This document shows, in pieces, positions 38,386-50,246 of a DNA stretch of 64,000 nt. The DNA is from an uncultured Thiohalocapsa sp. (GTDB taxonomy: Bacteria; Pseudomonadota; Gammaproteobacteria; Chromatiales; Chromatiaceae), in NCBI RefSeq assembly GCF_913063425.1, contig NZ_CAJXYK010000034.1, positions 911 to 64,910 of the forward strand, given 5' to 3'. The notes under the pieces were generated by a model. It was not told the origin of the DNA. It was given only the letters and a program-made list of their open reading frames with translations, and made no database searches. Every line of letters begins with the position of its first letter. Within the stretch, counting starts at the first letter, position 1. A program made the translations under genes and the position numbers.

Positions 38386-41016
38386 ATGGCGAAGAAGCAC
38401 AAGAAGCGGTCCGGTCGCGGCACCCCGAAGTCCGCGCAGCAGGCCCAGCAGGCGAGCCCGGAGGTCCGCGCGCGTGCGGCGCAGGACGCGCTGGCGCAGG
38501 GCCGGTTCCGCGATGCCGTCGGCGGTTTCAAGGCGCTGCTCAAGGAGGATGCGGCCAGCGAGCACACCCCGGCGCGCCGCCTCGCCCTCGCCGAGGCCTA
38601 TGCCGGCCGCGCGCGGGAGTTGACTGCCAAGGGCATGCACAAAGAGGCGCTCGCCATCTGGGACAACCGGGCGGCCCTCGGCCCGGAGGTGCCGCCGGCA
38701 CCGGAGCACGCCGCGCTGAAGCTGCGCCTCGGCGACCCTGGGCCGCTGTTGGCGCTGTGGGCGCGCGCGGATGCGCTGCCCCGTGACGAGCGCGAGCAGA
38801 TCGGCACCTGGCTCGCCGCCGCCGCGCTGGCCGATGCCGCACCGGGGCTGCAAGGGCTTGCGGCAGACGACCCGCTGCGCCGCCACGCCGAGCCCGCGCG
38901 CGCTGCGCTCGACGCCTATTGCGCCGGGGACGACGCGGCCCTGGAGTCGGCGCTGGCGGGCATCCCATTCCGCTCACCCTACCGCGACCTCGCGCTGCTG
39001 CTGAAGGCGTTGAGCCGCCTCGAGGCCGAGCCGGCGACGAGCCGCGATCTGCTCGCGCGCATCGGCGCTGCGTCCGCCTTTGCGCCCCTGCGCCAGGCGG
39101 CCGAGGCGGCGCTGCTGTCGGATGCCGATTGCCTGGACGCGCTGCACCGGCTTGGCCCCCGCCAGGCGCAGCTGGCCGCCGCCCTGCGCGGCTGGTCCGC
39201 CGAGCAGCTCGCGTTGGCCCGGGAGGTCGCGGCCATGGACGCCCCGCTGGACGCGCCGGCGGACGCCGACGCCCGCAAGGCCCTGCTGCGGCTCCTGGAG
39301 CGTCACCGCGAGCTGCTCGGCCGCGATTGGGCCGCGCGAGCTGCCCGGCGGCTGTCGGCGTCGCTGCCCGGAGCCGGCGGCGGGCGGCATGCGCCGGCAT
39401 CGCGTGCACGGGATCTGATCGAAGACACGCTGTCCGAGGCGCTCGCCGCTGCGCATGCGGCGGAGGCCGACGGTCATCCCTGGAATGTCCTGAATGCCTG
39501 GGACGATGTCGCCGAGGTGCTGCGGGTGGCGGCGGAGGCCGAGCCGACGGACCCGGACCGGCCCGTGGCGATCGCGCTGGCGTTGCGCCGGGCCGATCAG
39601 TACTTCGACCTCCTCGGCGTGGATGTGCCCGATACGGAGCCGGACTCCGAGCAGTCTGTCGCCGCCGAGCAGCTCGCGCGCAGCCTGGAATGGGACCCGG
39701 AGCACCGGGACACCTATCTGCGCCTCATCGGCTGGTACCGCCGCGGCGCCCGACTCAAGGACGCGCGCCGGGTGCTGGCGGCGGCGCAGGCGCGCTGGCC
39801 GCGCGATATGGCCGTGCTGGAGGCGGCGCTCGACACCGCCCTGGCCGGGGACGCCTTCAAGAAGGCCGCCGGCATCGCCCGGCAGATGCTGGACATCGAC
39901 CCCATCAACAGCGGCGCGCGGCGGCGCCTGGTGGATGCCCACATCGCCCACGCCGCCAAGCAGCTCGGGAAGGATCGTCCCGACTTGGCAAGTAAAGAGC
40001 TGCATCAGGCACGGCAATGGACCCAGCGCGGCGCGGGCCTTCAGACCTTGCGCGAGCGTCTCGACTTCATGCAGGCGCTGGCGAGGCTGCACGTCGTCGG
40101 CGTCGATGCCGGCCGCAAGCGCGTGCAGGAGCTGCTGGAGCAGTGCGGCCCGGGGCCGGTGGCGCAGCTGGAGCTGGCCCTTGCCGCCGAGCTGCTACTC
40201 TTCGATCAGGTCAAGCTCTTCGAATTACTCGATCTGCCCAAGGTCAAGCTGCAGGCCCCGGGCGATCTCAGACTCATCCTCACCCGACTGCGGGAATTCG
40301 CGGAGCGGCGCAAGCGCTACGCGGTGAGCCTGGTCGATTGGCTGAAGACCCTGCTGCAGGGGGCGCCCTGGAAGCAACTGGACGCCGAGGCGCTGGAGCT
40401 CGCCTGCGAGACCCTGCGGCGGATGCGCCTGAGCGCGCCGCGCCGGGAGGCCGCCGGTGCGGCGCTGAAGTGCTGGGCGGGAACGCCCGCGTTCGTCTTT
40501 CATGCGCTGGAGAGCAAATACGACGAGTCCGGGAGCCCGGGGGCGGCCGACCGCGTCAAGCTGGAGCAGGCCCTGGAGCGCGCCGAGCGCGACGGCGATG
40601 CGCGCACCGTCAGCCGGCTGCTGTCGCTGCGGGAGACATTCTGGCCCTTCAGTGGCTTCCCGCCGTCGGGCTTCGATCACCTGCTGGATGACGCGGGCGA
40701 TGACGAGCCGTTCGACCTGCCTGACCCCCGGCTCGATCCAGGCGCCGATGAGGTTGCAGCGAACCTGCTGGACAAGCTCGATCGCCTGCCGTTGCGCCAG
40801 GCGCTGGAGGCCTGCGGGATTCCCAAGTCCCTGCGCAAGCGATTGTTGAAGCTCGCCCGTGACGAGGGCGAAGCCTTTGTCAGAGAGCAGCTCAAGCAAC
40901 TGTTGCGCGACACCGAGGCGAGCTTCCACGCCGAAGACGCACCGACCGAAGCGCGCGGCCGCCGCAGTGGGCGTCAACCAGACGACGACCATCCCGAGCA
41001 ACTGGATCTCTTTTGA
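38386..41016 (+). CDS. Large TPR/alpha-helical protein ending in QLDLF
   Basis: Basic N-terminus MAKKHKKR, TPR-like helical repeats, C-terminal EQLDLF-stop. Confidence 0.8.
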   Translation: MAKKHKKRSGRGTPKSAQQAQQASPEVRARAAQDALAQGRFRDAVGGFKALLKEDAASEHTPARRLALAEAYAGRARELTAKGMHKEALAIWDNRAALGPEVPPAPEHAALKLRLGDPGPLLALWARADALPRDEREQIGTWLAAAALADAAPGLQGLAADDPLRRHAEPARAALDAYCAGDDAALESALAGIPFRSPYRDLALLLKALSRLEAEPATSRDLLARIGAASAFAPLRQAAEAALLSDADCLDALHRLGPRQAQLAAALRGWSAEQLALAREVAAMDAPLDAPADADARKALLRLLERHRELLGRDWAARAARRLSASLPGAGGGRHAPASRARDLIEDTLSEALAAAHAAEADGHPWNVLNAWDDVAEVLRVAAEAEPTDPDRPVAIALALRRADQYFDLLGVDVPDTEPDSEQSVAAEQLARSLEWDPEHRDTYLRLIGWYRRGARLKDARRVLAAAQARWPRDMAVLEAALDTALAGDAFKKAAGIARQMLDIDPINSGARRRLVDAHIAHAAKQLGKDRPDLASKELHQARQWTQRGAGLQTLRERLDFMQALARLHVVGVDAGRKRVQELLEQCGPGPVAQLELALAAELLLFDQVKLFELLDLPKVKLQAPGDLRLILTRLREFAERRKRYAVSLVDWLKTLLQGAPWKQLDAEALELACETLRRMRLSAPRREAAGAALKCWAGTPAFVFHALESKYDESGSPGAADRVKLEQALERAERDGDARTVSRLLSLRETFWPFSGFPPSGFDHLLDDAGDDEPFDLPDPRLDPGADEVAANLLDKLDRLPLRQALEACGIPKSLRKRLLKLARDEGEAFVREQLKQLLRDTEASFHAEDAPTEARGRRSGRQPDDDHPEQLDLF

Positions 41017-41375
41017 TGTCTGACCCCTATCTCACCCTCGGCGTGGCGCCAGGCGTGGACGACGCCGCCGTCGAGCAGGCCTACCGCAACGCCATCAAGC
41101 GCTGCCCGCCCGATCGGAACCCGGCCGCGTTCCAGGCCGTGCGCGCCGCCTACGAGCGCCTGCGTACCCGCCGCGACCGTGTCGCGTACGAGCTGTTCGA
41201 CGCCGAGCCGCCGGCACCGCTCGATCTGCTGCGCCGCGCCCTGACTGCCCCCGGTGCGGGGCCCGCTGCCGCGCCCAGTGCCGCGCCCAGTGCCGCGCCC
41301 AGTGCCGCCTCCGGTCCTGACCGCCGCCGCCCCGACCCTGACCTGCTGCGGGCGCTGCTGCGCGGGGAGGCGTAG
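41016..41375 (+). CDS. Small atypical J-domain protein
   Basis: DPYLTLGV...AYR...CPPDRNP..FQAVRAAYERL; PPD instead of HPD. Confidence 0.8.
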   Translation: MSDPYLTLGVAPGVDDAAVEQAYRNAIKRCPPDRNPAAFQAVRAAYERLRTRRDRVAYELFDAEPPAPLDLLRRALTAPGAGPAAAPSAAPSAAPSAASGPDRRRPDPDLLRALLRGEA

Positions 41376-42079
41376 GTGGAGGACGCTGCCAAGGACGCCC
41401 TCGCCGCCCGCTTCCGCGCCTATCTGGACCTGCCGCCCGCACCCGAGGTGCCGGCGTCGGTGTCCGCGGAGGCGCCGCCGGCGCCGGACCTGTTCACGCT
41501 GCTCGCGGAGGTCGCGGCACTCAAGAACGAGGTCAAGCTCGAATCCCGCCAGGTCAAAGGCGCCCTGGACGAGTTCCGCGGCCTGTTCGAGACGCTCAAG
41601 AGCGCCCACGACCGGCTCGCGGACGAGCAGCAGCGCCGCCGCGAGCACGAGCGCGCCGCCCAGGCCCGGGAGCACCGGGACCTGCTGCTGGAGCTCCTGG
41701 AGCTGCGCGATCGGATGCAGGCCGGGCACGCCAGCGCCGCGGGTCACCGGCCCCGGGGGCTGTTCGGGCGGCGGCGGGTCCGCGCCTTTGCCGCCGCCAT
41801 GGCCGATGGCCAGGCCATGAGCCTGCGCCGCCTGGACGAGACCCTGGCGCGGCGCGGCGTCCGGCCGCTGGCGGCGGTGGGCCAGCCCTTCGACCCGCAC
41901 CGCATGCACGCCGCAGAAGTGGAGTCCGACCCGGCGCGGCCCGCGGGCGAAGTGATCCGGGAGCTGCGCCCGGGCTTCCTGCTCCACGGTGAGCTGCTGC
42001 GCCTGGCGGAGGTGGTCGTGAACCGCCCCGACGCCGTCACCGCCCCGGCGCCGTCACCGACACAGATCGAGACCAAGAC

Positions 42080-42083
<4 letters not shown>
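41376..42083 (+). CDS. GrpE-family nucleotide exchange factor (paralog)
   Basis: Coiled coil, then VGQPFDPHRMHA...LRPGF...LLRLAEVVVN. Confidence 0.85.
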
Positions 42084-43842
<1,759 letters not shown>

Positions 43843-43843
<1 letters not shown>

Positions 43844-44142
43844 TGGAGCGCTGCCCCAACTGCCGCGCCCGCACCGACGGCACCGACACCTGCCGGCGCT
43901 GCGGCATGGCGCTCGGGCTGCTTCAGGCCACCGAGCGCGCCGCCGAGCACTGGCTGCGCCTGGGCATCGCCCACCTCGCCGCGGGCGCGCCGCAGGCCGC
44001 CACCCGAGCACTCAACCGCTCCCTGGCACTGCGCCACGATCCCCTCGCCGAGGAGCTGCTGGAGCTGGCGCCGGGGCTCGTGCGGCAGTTGCCGGGCGCA
44101 GCCGCCGCATCCGGATCGCCCGACGGCTCCCGCGAAACCTGA
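43843..44142 (+). CDS. Zn-ribbon + TPR small protein
   Basis: CPNC...CRRC followed by a helical TPR-like segment; TGATG overlap. Confidence 0.7.
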
Positions 44143-44589
44143 AAGGTTGTGACGAAACGCACCTCCGCTGCTGCGGACGCCTCCGAGCGTGCCCGGAGAC
44201 GTCCTCGCGACGGCGGGCGGATGGTCCACACCCGCTGAGCCGGCGAAAAAGTCCTGCGCCGCGACTCAGAACCTGCTAACGTGAGAACGGAGGACCGCCG
44301 GTTGCCGGCCTCAGGCCGTCCGGCACAAGGCATCTGCCATTTCGACGAGACCGCCCGGTCTGCTCCGGCGCCACGCCGCCGCCCAGGCCCCGCCCGCTCC
44401 CCACGAGATCCGTAGCATCCTGCCTCCTCCTGCCGTCCCGGCGCCGCTGGCTCACCAGCCGCGTCGGCGGCCGTCTGCCGCTGCCGCGGCGCCGCCCCGC
44501 GCACCTGAAGCCCCACCGGGCGACCTTGAGCGGGACGCTGAAGCGGCGGCAGTCACAGCATCCGCAACCAGACTCCGCGAGGACACTTG

Positions 44590-44877
44590 ATGAACATCTA
44601 CGTCGGCAACCTTCCCTACAGCGTCACTGAGGGCGATCTGCGCGAGACCTTCTCGCAGTACGGCAGCGTCGACACCGTCAACATCATCACCGACCGTTTC
44701 AGCGGCGACTCCAAGGGCTTCGGCTTCGTGGAAATGGGCAACAACTCCGAGGCGGATGCTGCCATCAAGGCGCTCAACGGCACTGACTACAAGGGCCGGA
44801 ACATCACCGTGAACCAGGCCCGCCCGAAGAGCGACCGCCCGGCGCGCGGCGGTGGTGGCGGGGGCCGTCGTTGGTAA
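44590..44877 (+). CDS. RRM RNA-binding protein with Gly-rich tail
   Basis: IYVGNLPY, SKGFGFVEM, GGGGGRRW. Confidence 0.95.
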   Translation: MNIYVGNLPYSVTEGDLRETFSQYGSVDTVNIITDRFSGDSKGFGFVEMGNNSEADAAIKALNGTDYKGRNITVNQARPKSDRPARGGGGGGRRW

Positions 44878-45258
44878 CAGCGGAGCGCTGAGCACTCACC
44901 CGGTCGCGCCGCGCGGCCGGTTGATCACTCCTACAAAGACGGGGACGGTATACTGAACTATCCCGTGCGCCGAACTGCTGCGACGCCGTGACCCAGGCGT
45001 CGGGCCTCGGGCGTTGCAGGCAATCACTGTCGGCTGTGCATTCGCGCCGGGTGCGCTTGGAATCCGCCTCGTGCTGGTGCTCTCCCCTCAGCCGGCAGGT
45101 GGAGCCTGCGGAGCAGGGGATTACGGTTACCGTCCCCGAATTTTGTGCACTTGGTTTGGGCGGCGGATGCAGCGGCAGCCGCGCGTGTCTTCTGCGTCGT
45201 ACCGCCCGTGCGGGCTCGCAGAAACAGACGTCGCGGCAGGTGGGTATGAGGGGGTGGG

Positions 45259-45333
<75 letters not shown>

Positions 45334-45582
45334 AGAAGTGCAGGCAAGAATCGCGTATTATACGTGAAACGTCGGGCCGCTCAAGGTGTGCGTCGCCCGC
45401 ATCGACATCGGACCAGCATCGGACCGCCACCAGCCCGGCGACGGCGACGGCGACGGGCGCCCGGCAAACGCGAGTCCTGCGGTGCGGTTTGGCCGATGGC
45501 GGCCCGCGACCTCGTCACAGCCGCGGCCATGGCCACGGGCGCAGCCGGCGACGGCCCGCATCCTCCTGAACATGCGCTCCAG

Positions 45583-45623
45583 CCGCTCCAACCCCACCGC
45601 TCCAACCCCAGCCGCTCCACCCC
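45583..45623 (+). repeat. 14-bp tandem repeat CCGCTCCAACCCCA (about 3 copies) upstream of pcnB
   Basis: Read directly. Confidence 0.7.
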
Positions 45624-47009
45624 TTGTCTTCAACAGCTGACCCAGAACCGCTGATCGTCCCGCGCGCGGAGCACAGCATCTCGCGCAGCAACATCAGTCA
45701 AAATGCGCTCAAGGTCCTGTACCGCCTGCGCGATGCAGGCCACGCGGCATATCTCGTCGGCGGCGGCGTGCGCGACCTGCTGCTCGGGCACGAGCCCAAG
45801 GACTTTGATGTGGCCACGGACGCCACGCCCGAGGAAGTGCGCCAGGTGTTCCGTAATTGCCGGCTCATCGGCCGTCGTTTTCGGCTGGCGCATGTGTTCT
45901 TCGGGCCGGAGATCATCGAGGTCGCCACGTTTCGCGCCAGCGCCATCCCCGCGGGGCAGGACGGCACCGACGACGACGGCGCGCGCACCGAGAACGGCAT
46001 GATCCTGCGCGACAACGTCTACGGCAGCATCGCCGAGGACGCGCTGCGGCGGGATTTCACGGTCAATGCCCTCTATTACAACATTGCCGACTTCTCGGTG
46101 GTGGACTACGCAGGTGGCCTGGAAGACCTCAAGGCCGGGCGGCTCAGGCTTATCGGCGACGATGTGGAGGCCCGCTACCGCGAGGACCCGGTGCGCATGC
46201 TCCGGGCGGTGCGCTTCGCGTGCAAGCTGGGCTTCATGATCGATGCGCCCTGCGAGACCCCATTGCCGGAGCTGGCGCCCCTGCTGGGCGAGGTGCCGGC
46301 GGCGCGGCTGTTCGAGGAGGTGCTGAAGCTCTTCCATGCCGGCTATGGTCTGCATGCCTTCGAGAAGCTGCGCCACTACGGGCTGTTCGCGCAGCTCTTC
46401 CCGGCCGCCGATGCCTGTCTCGCGCGACAGGAGCACGAGTTCCCGATGGTCTTCGTGAGCCGCGGCCTGGACAACACCGACCGCCGCGTGCTGGACGGCA
46501 AGTCGGTGGTGCCGCCGTTCCTGTTCGCGGTGCTGCTGTGGGAGCCGGTGCGGCTGCGCTATGAGGCGCTGCTGGATGGCGGCACGCCCTGGGCGGACGC
46601 CATGGCGCTCGCGTCCCACGAGGTCGCCTCGGCCCAGCAGCGGCATGTGGCCATCCCCAAGCGCTTCGGCATGCCCATGCGCGAGATCTGGTCCCTGCAG
46701 CCGCGGCTTGAGCGCCGCCAGGGGCGCCGGCCCATGGCGCTGCTCGGCCATCCGCGCTTCCGGGCAGCCTACGACTTTCTGCTGCTGCGGGCCGAGGCCG
46801 GCGAAGTGGACCCGGAGCTGGCCGATTGGTGGACCAAGTTCCAGGACGCCAATCCGGGCGACCGCGCCAAGATGACCGGCGCGGGCAAGCGCCGCCGCCC
46901 GCGCCGGCGCCGCAAGCCGAAGGACGCCGCCGGGGGCTCCGGCAGCGAGGGCAGCGAGCGGGTGGCCGGGCTCCAGGGGCGCGCTGCCGGGGGTGACGGC
47001 GATGGCTGA
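45624..47009 (+). CDS. pcnB: Poly(A) polymerase I
   Basis: GGGVRDLLLG..PKDFDVAT, LIGRRFRLAHV, RRDFTVN, REDPVRMLR, RFRAAYDFL; TTG start uncertain. Confidence 0.95.
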   Translation: MSSTADPEPLIVPRAEHSISRSNISQNALKVLYRLRDAGHAAYLVGGGVRDLLLGHEPKDFDVATDATPEEVRQVFRNCRLIGRRFRLAHVFFGPEIIEVATFRASAIPAGQDGTDDDGARTENGMILRDNVYGSIAEDALRRDFTVNALYYNIADFSVVDYAGGLEDLKAGRLRLIGDDVEARYREDPVRMLRAVRFACKLGFMIDAPCETPLPELAPLLGEVPAARLFEEVLKLFHAGYGLHAFEKLRHYGLFAQLFPAADACLARQEHEFPMVFVSRGLDNTDRRVLDGKSVVPPFLFAVLLWEPVRLRYEALLDGGTPWADAMALASHEVASAQQRHVAIPKRFGMPMREIWSLQPRLERRQGRRPMALLGHPRFRAAYDFLLLRAEAGEVDPELADWWTKFQDANPGDRAKMTGAGKRRRPRRRRKPKDAAGGSGSEGSERVAGLQGRAAGGDGDG

Positions 47010-47616
47010 GCCAGTGACCGGGCCACTGCTGGCCCGCGCGGAGACCGTCTACATCGGTCTCGGCGCCAACCTGGATGATCCGCGCCGGCACGTGGAGCGG
47101 GCGGCCGATGCGCTCACGCGGCTGCCGGCGAGCCGTGTCACGCAGGTGTCGCGGCTCTATCGCACGGCCCCCGTTGGCCCCGCGGACCAGCCAGACTACA
47201 TCAACGCCGTCGCCCGGCTCGACACGCGGCTCGCCCCGCGGGCGCTGCTCGCGGCGCTCCAGGCCCTGGAGCGTGCGCATGGCCGGGTGCGTGACGGCAC
47301 GCGCTGGGGGCCGCGGACGCTGGATCTGGACATCCTGATGTTCGGCGCCCGCCATGTCGCCTGGCCCGGGCTCACGCTGCCGCACCCGCAGGCGCGCCGG
47401 CGTGCCTTCGTGCTCGTGCCGCTCGCCGAAGTGGCGCCGCCCGGGCTGGACATTCCGGGGCAGGGCCGGCTCAGCGCGCTGCTGGCCGCCGTGCCCAAGC
47501 AGGGTGTTGCGCCGCTTGCGCCCATCCCGCTGCAATTGCCCGCTGGGCCGCTGCCGGCCGACCAGGCGCCGGACGCCGCCTGCGATGGCAAGTCGCCCCG
47601 CGCCGCCTTATCCTGA
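47002..47616 (+). CDS. folK: 2-amino-4-hydroxy-6-hydroxymethyldihydropteridine diphosphokinase
   Basis: YIGLGANL, DYINAV, RWGPRTLDLDIL, LPHP. Confidence 0.95.
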   Translation: MAEPVTGPLLARAETVYIGLGANLDDPRRHVERAADALTRLPASRVTQVSRLYRTAPVGPADQPDYINAVARLDTRLAPRALLAALQALERAHGRVRDGTRWGPRTLDLDILMFGARHVAWPGLTLPHPQARRRAFVLVPLAEVAPPGLDIPGQGRLSALLAAVPKQGVAPLAPIPLQLPAGPLPADQAPDAACDGKSPRAALS

Positions 47617-47718
47617 AGCCCGCGTCCCGGCGCCGCACCGCGAGCGCCTGCTTCTGCGCGCCGGGCGTCGTCCTGCCCCATCACCAGTGATCTGCGACCT
47701 GCCTCACGGAGCCCCGCC

Positions 47719-48522
47719 ATGCCCGCAGCGCGAATCACCAGAGCCACCCTGGCGGCGATGAAGCGCCGCGGCGAGCCCATCGCCTGCCTCACCTGCTACG
47801 ACGCCGCCTTCGCCGGGCTGCTGGAGGCGGCCGGTGTGGAGGTGCTGCTGGTGGGCGACTCCCTGGGCATGGTGCTTCAGGGCCAGCCCACCACGGTGCC
47901 GGTGCAGCTTCAGCACATGGTCTACCACAGCGCCTGCGTCAGCCGCGCCGCCGAGCGGGCGCTGGTGATCGCGGACATGCCCTTCCTGAGTTATGCCACC
48001 GACGACCGCGCGCTGACCGCCGCCGAGCGCCTGATGGGCGAGGGCGGTGCGGCCATGGTGAAGCTGGAAGGGGGCGGCGACCTTGCCGATACGGTGGCGC
48101 GGCTGACGCGCTTCGGTGTGCCCGTGTGCGCACACCTGGGGCTGTTGCCGCAGTCCGTGCACCGCCTCGGCGGCTATCGCTACCAGGGGCGGGACGACGC
48201 CGGCGCCGCCCGCATCCGTGCCGATGCGCTCGCGTTGCAGGACGCCGGGGCCGGCATGCTGGTGCTGGAGTGCGTGCCCGCCGCACTGGCGGAGGCCCTG
48301 TCCGGCGAGCTGCACATCCCCGTCATCGGCATCGGCGCCGGCAGCGCCTGCGACGGCCAGGTGCTGGTGCTGCACGACATGCTGGGCCTGCTGCCGGGGC
48401 GCGCGCCGAGCTTCAGCAAGGACTTCGCCGCCGGCTACGGCGGTGTCGCGGCGGCGCTCGCAGGCTATGTGGCGGAGGTGAAGGCGCGGACCTTTCCCGG
48501 CCCGGAGCACACCCTGCACTGA
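47719..48522 (+). CDS. panB: 3-methyl-2-oxobutanoate hydroxymethyltransferase
   Basis: LTCYDA, LVGDSLGM, DMPFLSY, VKLEGG, GQVLVLHDMLG. Confidence 0.97.
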   Translation: MPAARITRATLAAMKRRGEPIACLTCYDAAFAGLLEAAGVEVLLVGDSLGMVLQGQPTTVPVQLQHMVYHSACVSRAAERALVIADMPFLSYATDDRALTAAERLMGEGGAAMVKLEGGGDLADTVARLTRFGVPVCAHLGLLPQSVHRLGGYRYQGRDDAGAARIRADALALQDAGAGMLVLECVPAALAEALSGELHIPVIGIGAGSACDGQVLVLHDMLGLLPGRAPSFSKDFAAGYGGVAAALAGYVAEVKARTFPGPEHTLH

Positions 48523-48610
48523 GGCTGGTCCGGGCGCCGACGCCGCGCGTCACATCCATGCCCCGATGAAGCCCAGCCCCGAGGAAGCCGGCCCCAAGGC
48601 AGACAGCCGC

Positions 48611-49474
48611 ATGGAAACCCTGCACGACATCCCCGCACTGCGGTCCCGCCTTGCCGGCTGGCGGGCGGCGGGGCTGCGCATCGCGCTGGTACCCACCATG
48701 GGCAACCTGCACGAGGGCCATATCGCCCTGGTGCAGACGGCGCTGGCAGGTGCGGACCGCGTGGTCGCTACGGTGTTCGTGAATCCATTGCAGTTCGGCC
48801 CGGGGGAAGACCTGGACAGCTATCCGCGTACCCTCGCAGAGGATGCCAGGCAGCTTCAGGCCGTGGGCTGCCAGCTGCTGTTCGCGCCGGCGGAGGCCAC
48901 CATGTACCCGCAGGGGCGCGCCGGCCACACGCAGGTGGAGGTGCCGGGGCTCTCGGCGGAGCTCTGCGGTGCAAGCCGCCCCGGCCACTTCCGCGGCGTC
49001 ACCACCGTTGTCGCCAAGCTCTTCAACCTGGTGCAGCCGGACCTGGCCGTCTTTGGGCAGAAGGACTACCAGCAGCTGCTGTTGATCCGCCGCATGGCAC
49101 TGGATCTCAACATGGACATCGAGATCGTCGGCCTGCCGACGGTGCGCGAGGCGGACGGGCTCGCCATGAGCTCCCGCAATGCTTATCTCACCGCGGCGGA
49201 GCGCGCACGGGCACCGGTGCTGTTTCGTACCCTCACGGCCGTCGCCGCCGCGGTGGCCGCGGGCACCAGCCCGGAGCAGGCCGAGCGCGATGCGGCCCAG
49301 GCGCTGCGCACGGCGGGCTTCGAGCCGGACTACGTGAGCGTGCGCCGACGCGTCGATCTGGCCCTGCCGGGGCCCGCCGACAGCGCGCTGGTGGTGCTGG
49401 CGGCGGCACACCTGGGCCGGGCACGGCTCATCGACAACCTGGAGCTGGATCGCCCGCTGCCCGTGCAGGGGTGA
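48611..49474 (+). CDS. panC: Pantoate-beta-alanine ligase
   Basis: VPTMGNLHEGH, SRPGHFRGV, FGQKDYQQ, SSRN, RLIDN. Confidence 0.97.
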   Translation: METLHDIPALRSRLAGWRAAGLRIALVPTMGNLHEGHIALVQTALAGADRVVATVFVNPLQFGPGEDLDSYPRTLAEDARQLQAVGCQLLFAPAEATMYPQGRAGHTQVEVPGLSAELCGASRPGHFRGVTTVVAKLFNLVQPDLAVFGQKDYQQLLLIRRMALDLNMDIEIVGLPTVREADGLAMSSRNAYLTAAERARAPVLFRTLTAVAAAVAAGTSPEQAERDAAQALRTAGFEPDYVSVRRRVDLALPGPADSALVVLAAAHLGRARLIDNLELDRPLPVQG

Positions 49475-49771
49475 TGCGGTCGCCGGGTCGCCGCCGGCCC
49501 GGTTGCTGCGTCTGCGCGGGGTTCCCAGTCGGTGACCGCGGTGCGACGCGCGGCTCAGCGCGCCGCCGGCTGTCAAGGAAACCCCGGATTCTGCTTGCGG
49601 TTCCGGGGCATGCGTTGCGACAATAGCGCCCATATTGCACCGCAGCAAACGCGCTGCGTCGAAGGGCTTGCCGTCGCTGCGGCGGAGTAACCGCAACAGC
49701 ACCCCACATATCAAGACATCAGATTCAGGCCGCGGTTGTCCGTGCCCCTGCCCAGAGGAGGAATCCAGGCC

Positions 49772-50152
49772 ATGCAACTCACGCTGCTCAAATGCAAGCT
49801 GCACCGTGCCTGCGTCACGCACGCGGAGCTGGACTACGAGGGCTCCTGCGCCATCGACGAGGAGCTGATGCGCCGTGCCGGCATCCGCGAGTACGAGCAA
49901 CTGCACATCTACAACGTCACCAACGGCGAGCGCTTCACCACCTACGCCATCCGGGCGGAGGCGGGCTCCCGGATCATCTCCATCAACGGCGCCGCCGCAC
50001 ACAAGGCGCGCCCCGCCGACCGTGTCATCATCTGCTGCTACGCCGCCATGACGGAGCAGGAGGCCGCGGTCTTCAAGCCCGCCCTCATCTACTGCAACGA
50101 GCATAACGAAGTCACCGGCACCGGGGATGCCATCCCGGCGCAGGCCGCCTGA
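49772..50152 (+). CDS. panD: Aspartate 1-decarboxylase
   Basis: [31 protein letters not shown]. Confidence 0.97.
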   Translation: MQLTLLKCKLHRACVTHAELDYEGSCAIDEELMRRAGIREYEQLHIYNVTNGERFTTYAIRAEAGSRIISINGAAAHKARPADRVIICCYAAMTEQEAAVFKPALIYCNEHNEVTGTGDAIPAQAA

Positions 50153-50246
50153 GGCGCGGCGCCGGAGCGGCACGCCTGCCGCGATTGCTGCGTGGGTGCG
50201 CTTTGTCGCGGCCGGAGGCCGCTGCCACGGCGTGCGGTGCGTCGGA

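Noticed and set aside
49475-49771. Cis-regulatory RNA between panC and panD
   Set aside because: Only a generic GC hairpin; no recognisable motif can be supported.
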